A stretch of DNA of 63,277 bases, the filler included, from Folioceros fuciformis (Eukaryota): NCBI GenBank assembly GCA_049999805.1. It is 7 parts of 7 records of this genome, joined end to end, with 100 filler letters (N's around TTAATTAATTAA, not from the genome) between each part and the next. Parts side by side here need not be neighbours in the genome. Positions count along the whole stretch, not along the records: positions 36,106 to 47,181 come from JBNGIO010003535.1; positions 47,282 to 63,277 come from JBNGIO010003536.1; 5 more parts are not named here. The stretch is one strand, 5' to 3'. This document shows positions 37,187-49,643 of the stretch, one piece after another. The position numbers were made by a program, and so were the translations under genes. The notes beneath the pieces were generated by a model. That model made no database searches, was not told the DNA's origin, and saw only the letters and a program-made list of their open reading frames with translations. The stretch's first letter is position 1. Each line of letters opens with the position of its first letter.

Positions 37187-38333
37187 TTGAACTTAGCTGC
37201 CCTGCCGATGCCGACAAAGCCAGCCAGCCAGCCAGGCAAGGCAGGGCAGGGCAGGGCAATTCACTGCCTCGTCGGAATCCTTCCCCCTCCTCCTCCTGGT
37301 CGCTGCTTTCCGTCCCTCTCCGCTCCCCCCCAGCCTAGAATGGCAGGAGGCTGGCTAAACTCCTCACTCCTTCCACTCCCGACTTGTGCTGGCCGCCTTC
37401 AATTCGTAGACGACAAGTGACTGTCTTCAAGTTGTAGGCTTGAAGCTTAGCTGCTCGTAGATGCGTAGAATTCGATCAGCAAGGAAATTTTGCCAACCAG
37501 CCCTGCCTCTCCGGGCAGATCGAGCCAGGCCTGTACTGCTGCTCTCTTGCCCGCGCGAGCACAGACGCGAGTTTTGTTGTTTGCCATGCGCTGGCGATTC
37601 GCTTTCTCTGTTTACTAGTGTTTGTTTATTTTGTGTTTTTTATGTTTTTCCTCTTGTCCCTGGACCCGGATTGCAGGAAATCACTTGTCTCTCTCTGTGC
37701 TAGTTAGCTATATAAAACACACGTGTTGTTTATCTCCTGTCTTGTGCGTCTCACGTCCCGACGTCTGGGCTGTAATATGTACATACGGATAATACTTTCA
37801 TATATGTGATGTATGTATGTATGGGAAGCGCATCACATAAAAAAAACGTTCGCAAAATCCGGCGCTCAGTCCAGCCAACCTTCCAGAATACACAAGTACC
37901 TGCGGTACACGCAGACGTGTATGTAGAGTATGTACCCTATTAGGCGCCGGCGGCGGCCAGATCGGGGCCTCCGACCAGGAGGCTTTTGTTTTTATTTTGT
38001 AATATTCCGAAGCTGTTCGTCACAGTAACCGACCGTTTGAGAGAGAGAGAGAGAGAGAGAGAGGGGACCCGGGCTCCGGCCCGCCTCGGCCTAGGCCTCG
38101 GCATGAGCAAGGCGACCGGGCCTGAATTCAAACGGCACGGCCTGGCATGCAATGTCAGGCAACGGGCTCTCTCCACCATAAAAAGGACGAGAGCCATCGC
38201 CTCTGCCTATTCTGCATCCGCTGCTGCTGCTGCCCTCTTCGCAACGCTCGCCTTGCTGCTGCACTCTTCACTTCCGCCACCGGCTCAGAGATCGATAAGC
38301 TGGCCACACAGCCCTGAGGGAGGAGCATTCGCA

Positions 38334-39489
38334 ATGGCAGCCACCATGAGCAACAACGACTGGACTGTGCACCAGGTCTGCCCCTACCTCGAAGCCAGTT
38401 GCCGCTCAGGAACTGCACTGCGTTTGCCGGTGCTGTTGCCTTTGCCTTTGCCTTGCATTGCATTGCTGCTGTCTTGTGCAAGCTTGGGGCATGGGGAGCC
38501 CTTGAATCTCTCGTTCTGACTGCTCCAGCGGAGGACGCGTTCGAGGTTTCCTTTTTTGCGCTTTCTTACTCCCAAAAGCTTGAGAGGGGTGCAGCTGCTT
38601 GAGGATGATGATGAGGTAGGTCACCGTGGTAGGAAGCAATGGCTTCTCCCTTCCCCATGGAGGCTGGAGCTTTCACCTAGCTTTAGCTCGGGGACCACGC
38701 TCTAAGCTGCTGCAGCTGCACTACCTGCTGCCTGACTGCTGCCCTGCCTTGCCTCGCCTTACCTTGCCTGGCCACGCTCTACTCCCCCCCCCTCCTGCTC
38801 ACGCTCGTCCTCTCTGTAATTGATGGCGTGCTAACGGACTTGCTCCTGTGCATGACAGTTTTTCAATTCACCCTACGAATCCGTGTCTGCTGCCTACTGG
38901 TCCGAGCCTCAGCCGACTCCACAGAGGGAAGAGCAGCAGCAGCCGCCTGTCAGGCAGCCCAAGGTCACAGTGAGTATCGTCCTCTCTGCTTTTGCTGTGC
39001 TTTACCTTTTCGTTCCACACAGTCTGTTGTCTCCGGATATGATGGCAGCTCCTTACGCTCTGCACGTGCTCTGCAATGTTGTGCTGCGTAGACGGTGGAG
39101 ATCAAGTGCCTCATGTGCTGCGAAGGCTGCAAGAAAAATGTGAAGAAAGCGCTGAGCAACATGACTGGTGAGGCACATAATATACTGCAGATATGTAAAC
39201 TTTTGAACTAGAAGTCGTCCATTGCAGCTTTTTACCTGGCCCTGACCTTGACTCTGACCCCTTGGGCTGTGTATTGGACGTCCATGTCATCTCCGCAGGC
39301 ATTCGATCGTTCAAGGTGAACACCGAGACACACAAGGTGACCGTCACGGGAGAATCCCTCAGACCTGAAGACGTGCTCAGCGTAGTGAGGAAGGCCTCCA
39401 AGAAGCAGACCGAGTTGTGGCCTGAGAGGAGGCAGCCCCAGCCCGAGCGGAAGCTTGCTCTTTCTCGACCCTCAGTTGCAGGGGAGTGA
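38334..39489 (+). CDS. HMA-domain protein 2 (exons 38334-38375, 38859-38969, 39092-39167, 39299-39489)
   Basis: Same exon structure; TVEIKCLMCCEGCKKNVKKAL..KVTVTG..ELWP. Confidence 0.9.
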
Positions 39490-40133
39490 CTTCATGAAGC
39501 TGGTCGCGGACCTCGTTTTGAGCGACAACGGGTGGATGCATGCAGCAAGATGAAGAGTGGGATTTCGGCTTGTAGCAGCCATGACGCTAAAAAGAATTGG
39601 GAGTTTATTGAAAATGCCATTTAAGGCTGTGGAGGATGTAGGGTAGACATGTGGTACGCGCCAGGCCACCACATTTTTGTAGACAGGCTGCCAGTTCACT
39701 TCGGAGATGCCCTCCTTTCCCGCGCCTATAATATGAAGAGAAAAGGATCTTGACTGCTGTGATGTGGCCAGTGAACGAATGTCCTGTCTCCCGCCGTGCC
39801 GTGTTGCTAGGCAATCCTGCATTAATTAATCGGCTGGTGGGAAGCATGTGAAGTGCAAGTGAAGTAGGTAATAATATCCAATAACATCTCTCTCCTCTCA
39901 CTTGGCCGGCTCTGGCTGTGGCTCTGGCTGCGGCTGCGGTTCCTTGCGCACTGGCACCAGTGCTCTGCAGCGAAACAAGCCGACCATGGCGTGCTGTGGC
40001 AGCAGCTCCTGTGACACGCCAACAACGAGCTCCTGCGCCAGCCGCCTGCGTCTGCGTGTGTGACCAGCAACCCCGGCGCAATTCTCAGCATCCTTGCCTG
40101 CCCGCCTTCAGCTTGCTCCAGATCCACACAGCC

Positions 40134-41075
40134 ATGAGCGTGACGGCAGCCAACGCGTGGGCGGTCTACCAGGTGCGGCCACCAGTTCATCGCGAGATGT
40201 TGGCCGTCCGTCTCCCACGCCATCGTGTGGTGTCGGCTTCATCCTTGTTCACAGTCATGTCCAGCCTACTTACTGCCAGGAGTTGTCAAGGCAAGCGTCG
40301 GTCGAATCCCTATCCGATTCCGAATTCATTGCTAATCCGCTGCTCCCGCTCTTCAGTTCTTCAATGGGACATTTGACAACGTCCATGCCGCCTGCTGGGT
40401 GGACCCTGTCCCACCCCCGCCCGCACAGCCAGCTCCAGCTCCAGATGCAGCTCCAAGCGTCGCCGCCGCCGAGGAGCCCAAAAAGGAAGATGCGGACAAA
40501 AAGAAGGAGGAGGAGACCCCCAAAGAGGACGCCAAGCCCAAGATTGTGGTACCCGATCTTACCCCCACTCACTTCGCTGCTCACTTTCGATAACTCATGA
40601 CGTTTGGCTGCTATGAATTCCGTGTGCGCTAATCCGTCCAGCTGCCTGCAAGACCGTGGAGCTCCGGTGCCTCATGTGTTGTAAAGGCTGCAAAAAGAGC
40701 GTGAAGAAGGCTCTGCACGGACATTCAGGTGAGTTTCTAGTGCTCGAATCCTCTGGCGGCCCCGCCTGCCCCTCGCCTGCCCTCCCGCTCCGTGAGCTCA
40801 CTCTTGTGTGTCGGATTTGCTGCCGTCTTCCAGGCTTCACCTCCTACGAGGTGAACAGGAAGCTCATGAAGGTCACTGTGACTGGAGAAAATCTGAAGCC
40901 TGAGGACGTTCTCAAGATTGTACAGAAGGCGTCCAAAAAAAACACCGAGTTCTGGCCAAAGCCTCCGGAGCAGAAGGAAGAAAAGAAGGAGGACAAGGAA
41001 GAAAAGAAGGAGGAGAAGAAGGAGGAGAAGGAATCAAAGAAGGAGCCTGAGGAGGCTAAAGGAGATGCAAAATGA
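40134..41075 (+). CDS. HMA-domain protein 3 with K/E-rich linkers (exons 40134-40172, 40357-40548, 40653-40728, 40834-41075)
   Basis: Same exon structure; TVELRCLMCCKGCKKSVKKAL..KVTVTG..EFWP; EEKK-rich tail. Confidence 0.9.
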
Positions 41076-41280
41076 AAGGGAGGTGAGGAGGAGCTCCGCC
41101 CCTGCACGTCGTATGCCATAACCTCTTAGCTAGCTAATTTTGCCTTCTCGTCTGGTACCTATTTATTCCCTGTCTGGCCGCATCGGAGCTTTTAAGTGGA
41201 TTCTAATGGCTATCCTCATAACTAAAGATGATTTCGTGCCTATGATCACGTAAGCTAGATGCTGTATAATACTTACATAC

Positions 41281-41465
41281 TGTATGTATGTATGTATGTA
41301 TGTATGTANNNNNNNNNNNNNNNNNNNNNNNNNNNNNNNNNNNNNNNNNNNNNNNNNNNNNNNNNNNNNNNNNNNNNNNNNNNNNNNNNNNNNNNNNNNN
41401 NNNNNNNNTGTATGTATGTATGTATGTATGTATGTATGTATGTATGTATGTATATGTATGTATGG
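41281..41465. repeat. (TATG)n microsatellite spanning a gap
   Basis: Directly visible on both sides of a 100-N gap. Confidence 0.95.
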
Positions 41466-42544
41466 ATGCATGACTACAATTTTATTTATCTCCAACTTTT
41501 ATTCATGGATCACCGACTGAATGAGTCCAAAACCAGGTGAGGTCCTGCCGGATCTCTCCGGTTCGAATCTGCGTCCAGGGAAGAGGTGTCGTGACGCTAC
41601 TGCAAAGTCGGAACATCCGACAAAGTACTCGTCACGCAAGGGCTTTTTCCCCTCTATTTCAAGCTTGGAATAGGAGATAGAATTAGTCATGAAAAACGAG
41701 GGAAAAAAACCCTCATGGCCCACGCCTTTTTTAAACTCCGGAGTTTGGGAGGACCTACACTTCGAGCTCCGGGTCCTGGACATGGCACATTCTGTGGTCC
41801 AAGAAAAACAGTGGCTCGTTCTGCAGAATGTTTGTCACCTCAAGCCGCTCACATGGTACGAATTACGCCCAGTTGAAGAGCTACGAGAGGACTCACCGGA
41901 TTTCGCACACCTTTCCGTCCACCAAATTCTACAATCTTGTTTTTTTCGAGATGATGGCAAAGACGTATTCCAACTCCAGGCCCGATCGATATGGCGGGTC
42001 AAAACATCTCTTGGGTGCACCTGGAGTACCAAACTCACTGGAACTAAATTGATCGTCCACAGACAGGGTGCCGTTTTCGTCACGAGGCAAGTAATGAGCA
42101 ATCCGTGACTTCCATGTGCATGCTGCGTTGGCGTACACAACTGGCTTCGGCGACAAAGCACATGCATTCCACCACAAAACACACAGGCGTGTGTCGTTCG
42201 AAGTTGTCCTCACCTCAACAATCATATCTGCTACGCGACCAATGATGACTGCGCAAAGACAGACCCTGTCAGCAACGACGAAAAGTGGAGGACACATCAA
42301 CTGCAGCAGCACTATGAGCTGACCAACAATGTCCCGTTGCATCTCTACACAGAGTCATCTAACCCTTCCTGTTGTAGCTGTGCACGGCACTCCCCTTCGA
42401 CAGATTGAAAGATCACCAGTTCCCTTTGCTGCATCGTTCACTCAAAAAAATTAGAGAATCGTCTAATAAGGTTGCATAGGCCTGGGCAGGCTGACGCTGG
42501 CCCTTGGCGTAGTCCTCTGCTGCCCAAGGACAAAGTACCATGCT

Positions 42545-43277
42545 CTACACTCTGCGCTTTTTGGGAGCCCTGCAGCCATTGTGTGGTACCGGTGTTACAT
42601 CCCGAATTTTGGTTACTCCAAGACCACCGCTCTGCAAACCACGCACGGACGACTCCTTTCCAGTGCTTAAACCCTTCATTCTCACTTCCACAGTGCTGTA
42701 GCCCAACTGGAGAGCCTGCTTTGCCACATGCTCGGCTACAGCCTGAGCGGCATACTTGCTTGCCCGACGAGAACCCTTAAACCCAACCGAACCAGCCGAG
42801 GACCAGCTTTTGGTATTACCATCCACATCTGTCAGTGTGATCACAGTATTGCTGAACGTAGACTGAATATGCGCGATACCGTGCTTCTTAACACCAGACG
42901 GCCTGTGGTATGACGGGGTGCTGAGAGCCCTCAGGGATACCATCTCAGAGAGGATAGCTTTGGATGAAAGCCCACCCCCAGCGTGGAGAACCTGAAATAG
43001 AACACACACACACCCTTGTGAGGTGTTTGAGCTTGTGTAACAAGACGTTGCAGGGAGCAACTACATACCAAAAGGTGGCTGCGGCGTCTGGATGACCTAC
43101 CTTACCGGTGCAATTGTGCCACCATTGCGAACCCTCCCACCAGCAGCTGCTGCCCGCTGAGTGAAGCCCCCGCTCTCCGAGTTCGAACACGGAACGAGCG
43201 GTTGGGTACGCGCTGCCGCACAGTGAATCTCCGACACCATGCCTGACCAGAACGCGCAGGCAGCCCCTGAAGGCCAT
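42545..43277 (-). CDS. rps11: Nuclear-encoded mitochondrial-type ribosomal protein S11 with presequence (exons 43277-43101, 42991-42545)
   Basis: [60 protein letters not shown]-terminal extension across a phase-0 intron; telo-box AAACCCTA at ~43322. Confidence 0.9.
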
Positions 43278-44128
43278 GGAGACTACGGGTCACGAGCTGA
43301 GCATCGGTATATGGCTCCACTAAACCCTACTGACACCCTTTACATTGCCGTCATGAACTAGGGCATTCAACACTGGTATCAATGTAAATGAGGATGGACA
43401 GAGGCCGGTCTCTTGGAGCCATGTCTCCACCAAAAGACGGATCGTTCAGTGTCCGGTGTACCAGGCGGACCTGTTGCTCTTTGAGCCTTCGAGCTTGCCA
43501 TTTACACATGGCCCAATCCTGTGCCAGTTCCTGTGCAGAGAAAGAATGAAGAACCCTGTGGATTAAGAGTAACGTGTGAACAGGGGCTATGACCGAAATG
43601 GTGGTAGTGGTGGTCCAAGTGGTCTGCTTCTGCGTCATGTGCAAGTGCAGTAGTAGCTAGGTTGTGCAAGCAAAGTCCCTTGCTTCGACCTCAATCTTGT
43701 ATCCTCTTATTCTAAAATTCTAGGTGTTTATGAGATAATATCCCACTTACATCTCTATATTCTACTACAATGCTGCTATTTTAAATTACTTGCAGTAGAC
43801 TCAAAGCTTCATCTAGATATTTTTATATTAAATTTACAATATATAAACCACAAAGTTTGGTCTTAATACTTGTAATTTTATATTAATAGTTATAAAGTTA
43901 TATTATAAAAATATTATCTTTTTTATTTTATTAAAAATATGTTCTTTCTTCTCAAGATTCAAATTAACTTTATAATTTATTTTTAAGGAAAAATATAGTT
44001 TTTTTTCTGTAAAACTTTATTTTTTGATACATAAAATTAGATTGACAATATCTTTTATTACTTCATAAAAAAATCCTCTTTTCCACAATAAAGATGCATT
44101 AATCACTAAGCAAGAAATATGTAATAAT

Positions 44129-44914
44129 CTATTCAATAGTAGACATATTATTAGATGCTCTATTTTTTAGCTTAATAAATATTTGTCTCATGTAAGTTAG
44201 ATTTGTTTTTTTAGTAGGTGCTTGAACTTGATTAGAGGCTTGTTGTATACTAGGCCTTGGGAAATTAGCCATACTATTAGTACTAGGCCTTTGAATGTTG
44301 CTCATGTTAGTGATTCGACTATCTCTGATTCTTTGAAACTCTTTGTCTATACCAAGATTTGGATTAACATTAGTATTAGTAGTAATCAACACCGAAATTG
44401 AATTGCGAGTTTGACTAACTTCAAAATCTTCTTCTTTAATAAGAGATAATACCTCAAGCCAAGAGTTATCCACATTTTCCTTTCTTGCAAGGTTTTGTAA
44501 TTCATTCTTTTCCTTGTCTCTATTGAGTTGTTTTGTTGCAAGAATCATGGCAGCTCGTTCCAAGTAAAAGGTCGTTTTAAAAGTATTGCTATTTTGGACT
44601 AAAGTTGTATGTATTAATTCAGATGCTTTATTTTTTTGGTCTAGTTCCACTAATCGATGTCTTGACCAATGTCCTAGTACATTAGGAACATCTTTTGAAG
44701 ATTCATTGCTGTCAATTTGTTCTTCAAGTGATTGGAAGTTGTCAGAGGAAGTTGTATGAATTGAAAATTTATTATTTTTAACTATATTATTGTCGGATAA
44801 ATTAGGTGCTAAGTCTGCTATAGAGTTGAGAGTAATTTCTTGGGAAATATGATTCTTGTAGTCGATATTTTCAGTCGGAGGAAGGTGGGTTATGTCTGCA
44901 GCTTGGGGCTCCAT
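44129..44914 (-). CDS. AT-rich orphan ORF, 261 aa, Asn/Ser-rich
   Basis: Uninterrupted 786-bp ATG-started ORF in very AT-rich DNA. No recognisable domain. Confidence 0.5.
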   Translation of the reverse strand: MEPQAADITHLPPTENIDYKNHISQEITLNSIADLAPNLSDNNIVKNNKFSIHTTSSDNFQSLEEQIDSNESSKDVPNVLGHWSRHRLVELDQKNKASELIHTTLVQNSNTFKTTFYLERAAMILATKQLNRDKEKNELQNLARKENVDNSWLEVLSLIKEEDFEVSQTRNSISVLITTNTNVNPNLGIDKEFQRIRDSRITNMSNIQRPSTNSMANFPRPSIQQASNQVQAPTKKTNLTYMRQIFIKLKNRASNNMSTIE

Positions 44915-45130
44915 ATATATATCTGTATTTGTTTTTATGGGTAAATGAGAAGCATAAGTATATTATGGTTGCAGATGTCGGGTTGCTCCTGTTTGTCGTC
45001 TGTCTTTGAGGTGGAGGAGCAGGACGCGGAGGTAGTGCACGAAGCGAGCCAGGCGATCGGATTCCATAGCCTTGAAGTGGATTGCATCGCATCCCAAGCC
45101 ATCACATGGTTTGGTTTTGTGTGGGGTTGA

Positions 45131-47181
45131 ATGGGAGAAAGCAGTGGGTGCAAGCTGACAACCCCGAGGAGGTGGTTGGAAAATGGGAGGAGCTTGGGGA
45201 TGTTGCTATTCGCTCTTGTGGGATGGGGGATGTTGGTGATAGTCTTGGTGCATCAGAGAGAGCAGGAGGCACGGGTGAAGATGGGTGGAGGATGGGCGTC
45301 CCAGGTCGAGGATTGGAACGCAAATGTGTCCCAGGACTGGATTTCACACACTGTTGGGCGTGAGCACATGGGTGGTAGCAGTAGGAGCGCACACGTTGAC
45401 GCGCAAGCGCAGGATATGGCGACTGTGCAGAGAGCGGGTGGCGGTGGCGGCGATCCAACCAGGCTGAAGGTGGTGAGGAAGAAAGCGGGTGGATCTGGGG
45501 CTAAGCGGTGTGCAACAGTTGAGGAGATGGGTGAGGTTGCGGCAGGTGATTCCACGGCCGCCAGCCTCAGGCTGCGTCAGCGAATCAAGACGTATTTGTG
45601 GGAGCACGGTATGGTTGCTGTTGTATGCTTGGCCGCACTGGCACGCGATACGATACGATGCGATGCGAAGCCAAGCGGTTGCTGATTTGGTCAAGAGAAA
45701 AAATCCCAACAGATTGTTGGCTTGGTGTGGTGAACAGGCGCAGAGCGAGTGAAATCTCTCCCGGCTGATCAGTTCTGCCGCACCAATTTTGTGACGGCCA
45801 ACTTCGAAGAGGCCGGCTTCGGGAATAGCATGTACAGGTTTCTCACTGCAGCCGGGCTGGCATTGATGCTCAATCGGTCACTCATCATTGGCGAGCTAAG
45901 GTGAGCAGCAGGGGATTGGTAGCAACTGAGTGTAAGGAAGGGGTAACGAGGAATTTGTGAATGAGTTGTCTGGAATTGCCCTGGCCATTGCGATTGCAGA
46001 GACCCGTACCTGAGGAATGCGAGGCAAGAGAAGGACGACAGACCTTTCGTATCCTATCTCACCTACTCCAATCAGACGTTGAGGATGCCAGAGGTTCAGC
46101 GTCTTTGGGCAGAGCATGATTGCGCTGGCCTGTACAAGAGGCGCCTGGTTGTCAAGATCGATTCCTTCTCCCCCTTGTCCGACTCCAGTTGTCTGTGCTC
46201 CGACTGGACGCAGTGGCCCGAACCCATCATGTGGTTCAAGGAAACCACCGATGTGGTGGGGCTCCAGTATCTGCTGAAGAATCAGCACCCCGCAGTGCGG
46301 ACGGCCGCGGGTGCCATCCTAGGGGATTCGCGGCGCCCCGCCAGCCGGCCCAATGTTTTCGGTGAGCTCATGCACGCTCTGGTGGAGCCCGGACGGCTGG
46401 TGCAGGAGGCAGTGCAGTGGGCTCTCCAAGGAGGGCCCGACCCCGACGTCTCTCTGCACCTCAGGATGCGGAGCTCCAGGTACGTGTGCAACAAAATTGG
46501 TAGCGTGGCTGAGCGTTTTGAGGATCCATCACCCAACGGTGGGAGTTGCTCATGAGCTATGCCTGACTGTATTTGGTAACAGATCCGACGACGCCGTAAC
46601 CGCTGCATTGAAATGCGTGAGCGCCATAGCCCCTACGCACGGACAGGGCTCCAGGCTCCGCTTGCTGGTGCTGTCCGACACGCCATCCGTGATTGCTCAC
46701 ATCCGACAAGCACTGGGCAAGTCCGTGGAGGTGAGTGACTGCTATTCCGGCCGCTGCTGCTGCGGCTCCTGCGCTTGCTAATGCTTGCTTCCGGTGCTGC
46801 CCAGGTGTTGCAATTCCGGCACGAGCCCTTCGTGCAGTGGAGCAGGAAGCAGCCATGGTGGGCAGATCTGGAGGCGGAGCTGCTACAGCAAGATCAGATG
46901 CAGGTGCCCAGGCACAAGCAGAAGGACTGGGGCGCCATGCCGCGCTGGGTGGCGCTTGTCGACTTCTACCTGGCGGCGCGCGCCCGTCACGCCGTGGTGT
47001 CCGCAGCCTACCAGCGCGTGGCCACCACGTACGCCCAGCTCATTGCCTCCCTGGCAGCGGCTGCGCGCCTTGCGGATACCGATTTGGCTTCGCCTTCCAG
47101 CTTCAAATTCTACAGCAGCTTCCACTCTAGTTTGCTGCATCGGGGTCTCTCGCTGCAGAGCGGATTGGGCCACTCCTGGCG
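45131..47181 (+). CDS. Conserved plant type-II membrane fucosyltransferase-like protein, multi-exon, 3'-truncated
   Basis: N-terminal TM; CATVEEMG..SLRLR; QFC..EAGFGNSMYRFLTAAGLALMLNRSLIIG; PDVSLHLRM; VLSDTP; DWGAMPRWVALVDFYLAARARHAVVS. Confidence 0.8.
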
Positions 47182-47281
47182 NNNNNNNNNNNNNNNNNNN
47201 NNNNNNNNNNNNNNNNNNNNNNNNNTTAATTAATTAANNNNNNNNNNNNNNNNNNNNNNNNNNNNNNNNNNNNNNNNNNNN
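47182..47281. other. Artificial contig linker
   Basis: N-TTAATTAATTAA-N. Confidence 0.97.
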
Positions 47282-48063
47282 CAACCAATAAGACTTTGAT
47301 CAACACCTATAAATTAGGAAGTTTAAAAAGAAAAATGAGGAAAATATTTTGAGAGATTTTATTTTTCATACTCAATGAAGATATGCAAATATGATGAATT
47401 CTGCAAACTGCTTCATTTATGAATTTTAAAGGATCTAATAAAATAATAATACATTTAAAATAAACTTTTAAAGGATCTAATAAAAAACATAATGCAAATT
47501 GGAAAGCGGTGATCGGCCATGTCCACCTCGGGATGGGAGCTTCATTTAATGGACTTTCCTCCTCGAGCGATCCCATGGGACGCGGCCGAGCTCACTCGAC
47601 ACGCCCGAGGTCTGCTTTTACATCCCCAAGGTGGAATCAAGACATCTGAAACACTGAATTTAGGGAGCAAATCGGTGAGTACCTTACGTACATCCGTCAC
47701 AGAGAGCAACGTCCGGACCAGAAAAGGTGACCAAATCGATCACGAACCCGGGCTACCCAACCGTATCACGCCGCCCGAGCTAATGAGTTTATCCAAAACC
47801 CTACACGCGCGGCATTTAAAGGACTTGACCGTGTAACTAACTGTTAGAGGAGGGAATCGTGTCTGGCATTTGCGTCTGTACTTATGTATCTCGCTTGTCA
47901 AAAGTCAACTTGAGGAGAGAACGGCAGGCGTTCTTACAGAATCAGGTAGGCTTGTCCAGCACCAAGGGTTCTGCGAAGAAACGGAGAGACAACACCATGC
48001 CAAACACATCGGGCAGCCATTCCTTGCGTTATTTCAGGAGCCACGTAAGTCCAAGGAGCGACA

Positions 48064-49643
48064 TCAAATCAGCGGGACGTATCTGACGCTCATTTGTGCG
48101 TGCTGCTTGATGGTGCCGTCAGCTAGCTTGTCGATGACCACAAGGTCCTGATCCGGCCAACAATGTGTCATAACGGCAAGTAATCAACTTCAGCGAGAAA
48201 GCATCCAGAGAGCTGTCAAGTCTACAAACCTGGAAACCTTTCCCAACAGGAATAACCATGCGGCCACCTGGTTTCAACTGCTTTAACAGTGCCTCTGGCA
48301 GTTCTGCACGGTGCAAGAGCAATATGAGAGGACGAAGTTTGATTTTGTCAACAAACTTCACAATGAGGGCCTCCACAAATGACCTGCTGCAGCAGCCCCG
48401 ACGTGAATTGCATCATACGGTGCAGCATCAGCGTACCCAAGCTTCCCATCTGCTCCTGCAACGCCAACGCAACAAGGTATCTTAGTTGCAGTCTGTCGTG
48501 TTCATGATGAAAAAAAAAACTGTGTAGATCGAAACTGAAAGAAATATTGAAGTCCAGAATTCAGCATGCAAGTCTTACTGTGGATTGACAGTTGTCCACC
48601 ATCCAGAAGGTGTCCGGCTGCTCCGCGTTTGATTGCATTGATGGACCGTTCCACAAGCTCTGGTATGTGCTCTACTCCGACCGTNNNNNNNNNNNNNNNN
48701 NNNNNNNNNNNNNNNNNNNNNNNNNNNNNNNNNNNNNNNNNNNNNNNNNNNNNNNNNNNNNNNNNNNNNNNNNNNNNNNNNNNNAGCAGAGCATCGCAAG
48801 AATTTTGTGCCTGTAAAACACCAGATGCTGTGAAGGACACAGGAACAAAAATGGATCCAGGTTTCGCATCATCCGAAATCCCATACCAGTAAAGCGAGCA
48901 CAGCTGTTAAATAGCCTGAACCTGATCCGACGTCAAGCACAGAGTTACCCGGCTTCAAATGATCTGCCAGCAAGGACAGACAATGGCCATGCTGCAAATC
49001 CACCACTGAGTTTCCCATCATTTGATAGCAAAACGAATTACTCAAGCACACCAAAACTCATCTTCCCGTGAAACTCACCATGTGTGGAGCTGAGATGGTG
49101 ACACCGAACCCTGCCACCAACGTCAACAGTTACATCGAAGCAGACAAGGTGCAATACATGTTCCATGAGCATTAACCCACGAATGTTTCGAAAAGTATGC
49201 AGACCATGTACCTATGTCCTGTGGAGCATCATCGTAAGGTGCACCACCGGCTGGAACATAATGGGCCCTATCGATCTGTATCATAGCAGCGGCGCACTCT
49301 CGTGACGTAAGGATTCCATGCTCTGCACACACACCAAACAGCAGGGTATCAAAGGATATTACTCCCTCTCATAGGCATGTCACAGAACTCAGGCAAGGAC
49401 TGACCAAGGAGGAGCAAACGTGAATAACATGACCCTCTAACTTCTCTGAAAAGGCCAAACCGGTACAGATTACCCAAAAGGTCCTAAGGTTGAGACATCA
49501 GAGGCAACTACTTTCTCCTACCACAATCGTTCCCCAACATGTCGACAAACATGTAATACAGAAATGTGAAGGACAAGAAACCCACTTTGCAGCTGGGTAA
49601 TCAGACCAATGTTGCTGGCCGAAGAAGAGGCAGCTTGGCCCAT
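48064..49643 (-). CDS. PIMT: Protein-L-isoaspartate O-methyltransferase, multi-exon
   Basis: IDRAHYV, PYDDAPQDIG, TISAPHMH, VLDVGSGSGYLTA, GVEHIPELV, PYDAIHVGAAA, QLKPGGRMVIPVG, VRYVPL. The start at MGQAASS is probable, not certain. Confidence 0.92.

Noticed and set aside
41500-42342. Overlapping 115-139-aa ORFs downstream of rps11
   Set aside because: No recognisable domain or coherent exon chain.
10332-47281. Recurrent TTAATTAATTAA palindrome (six copies)
   Set aside because: Always centred in N-runs; an artificial six-frame-stop linker. ORFs ending in LIN or N there are artefacts.
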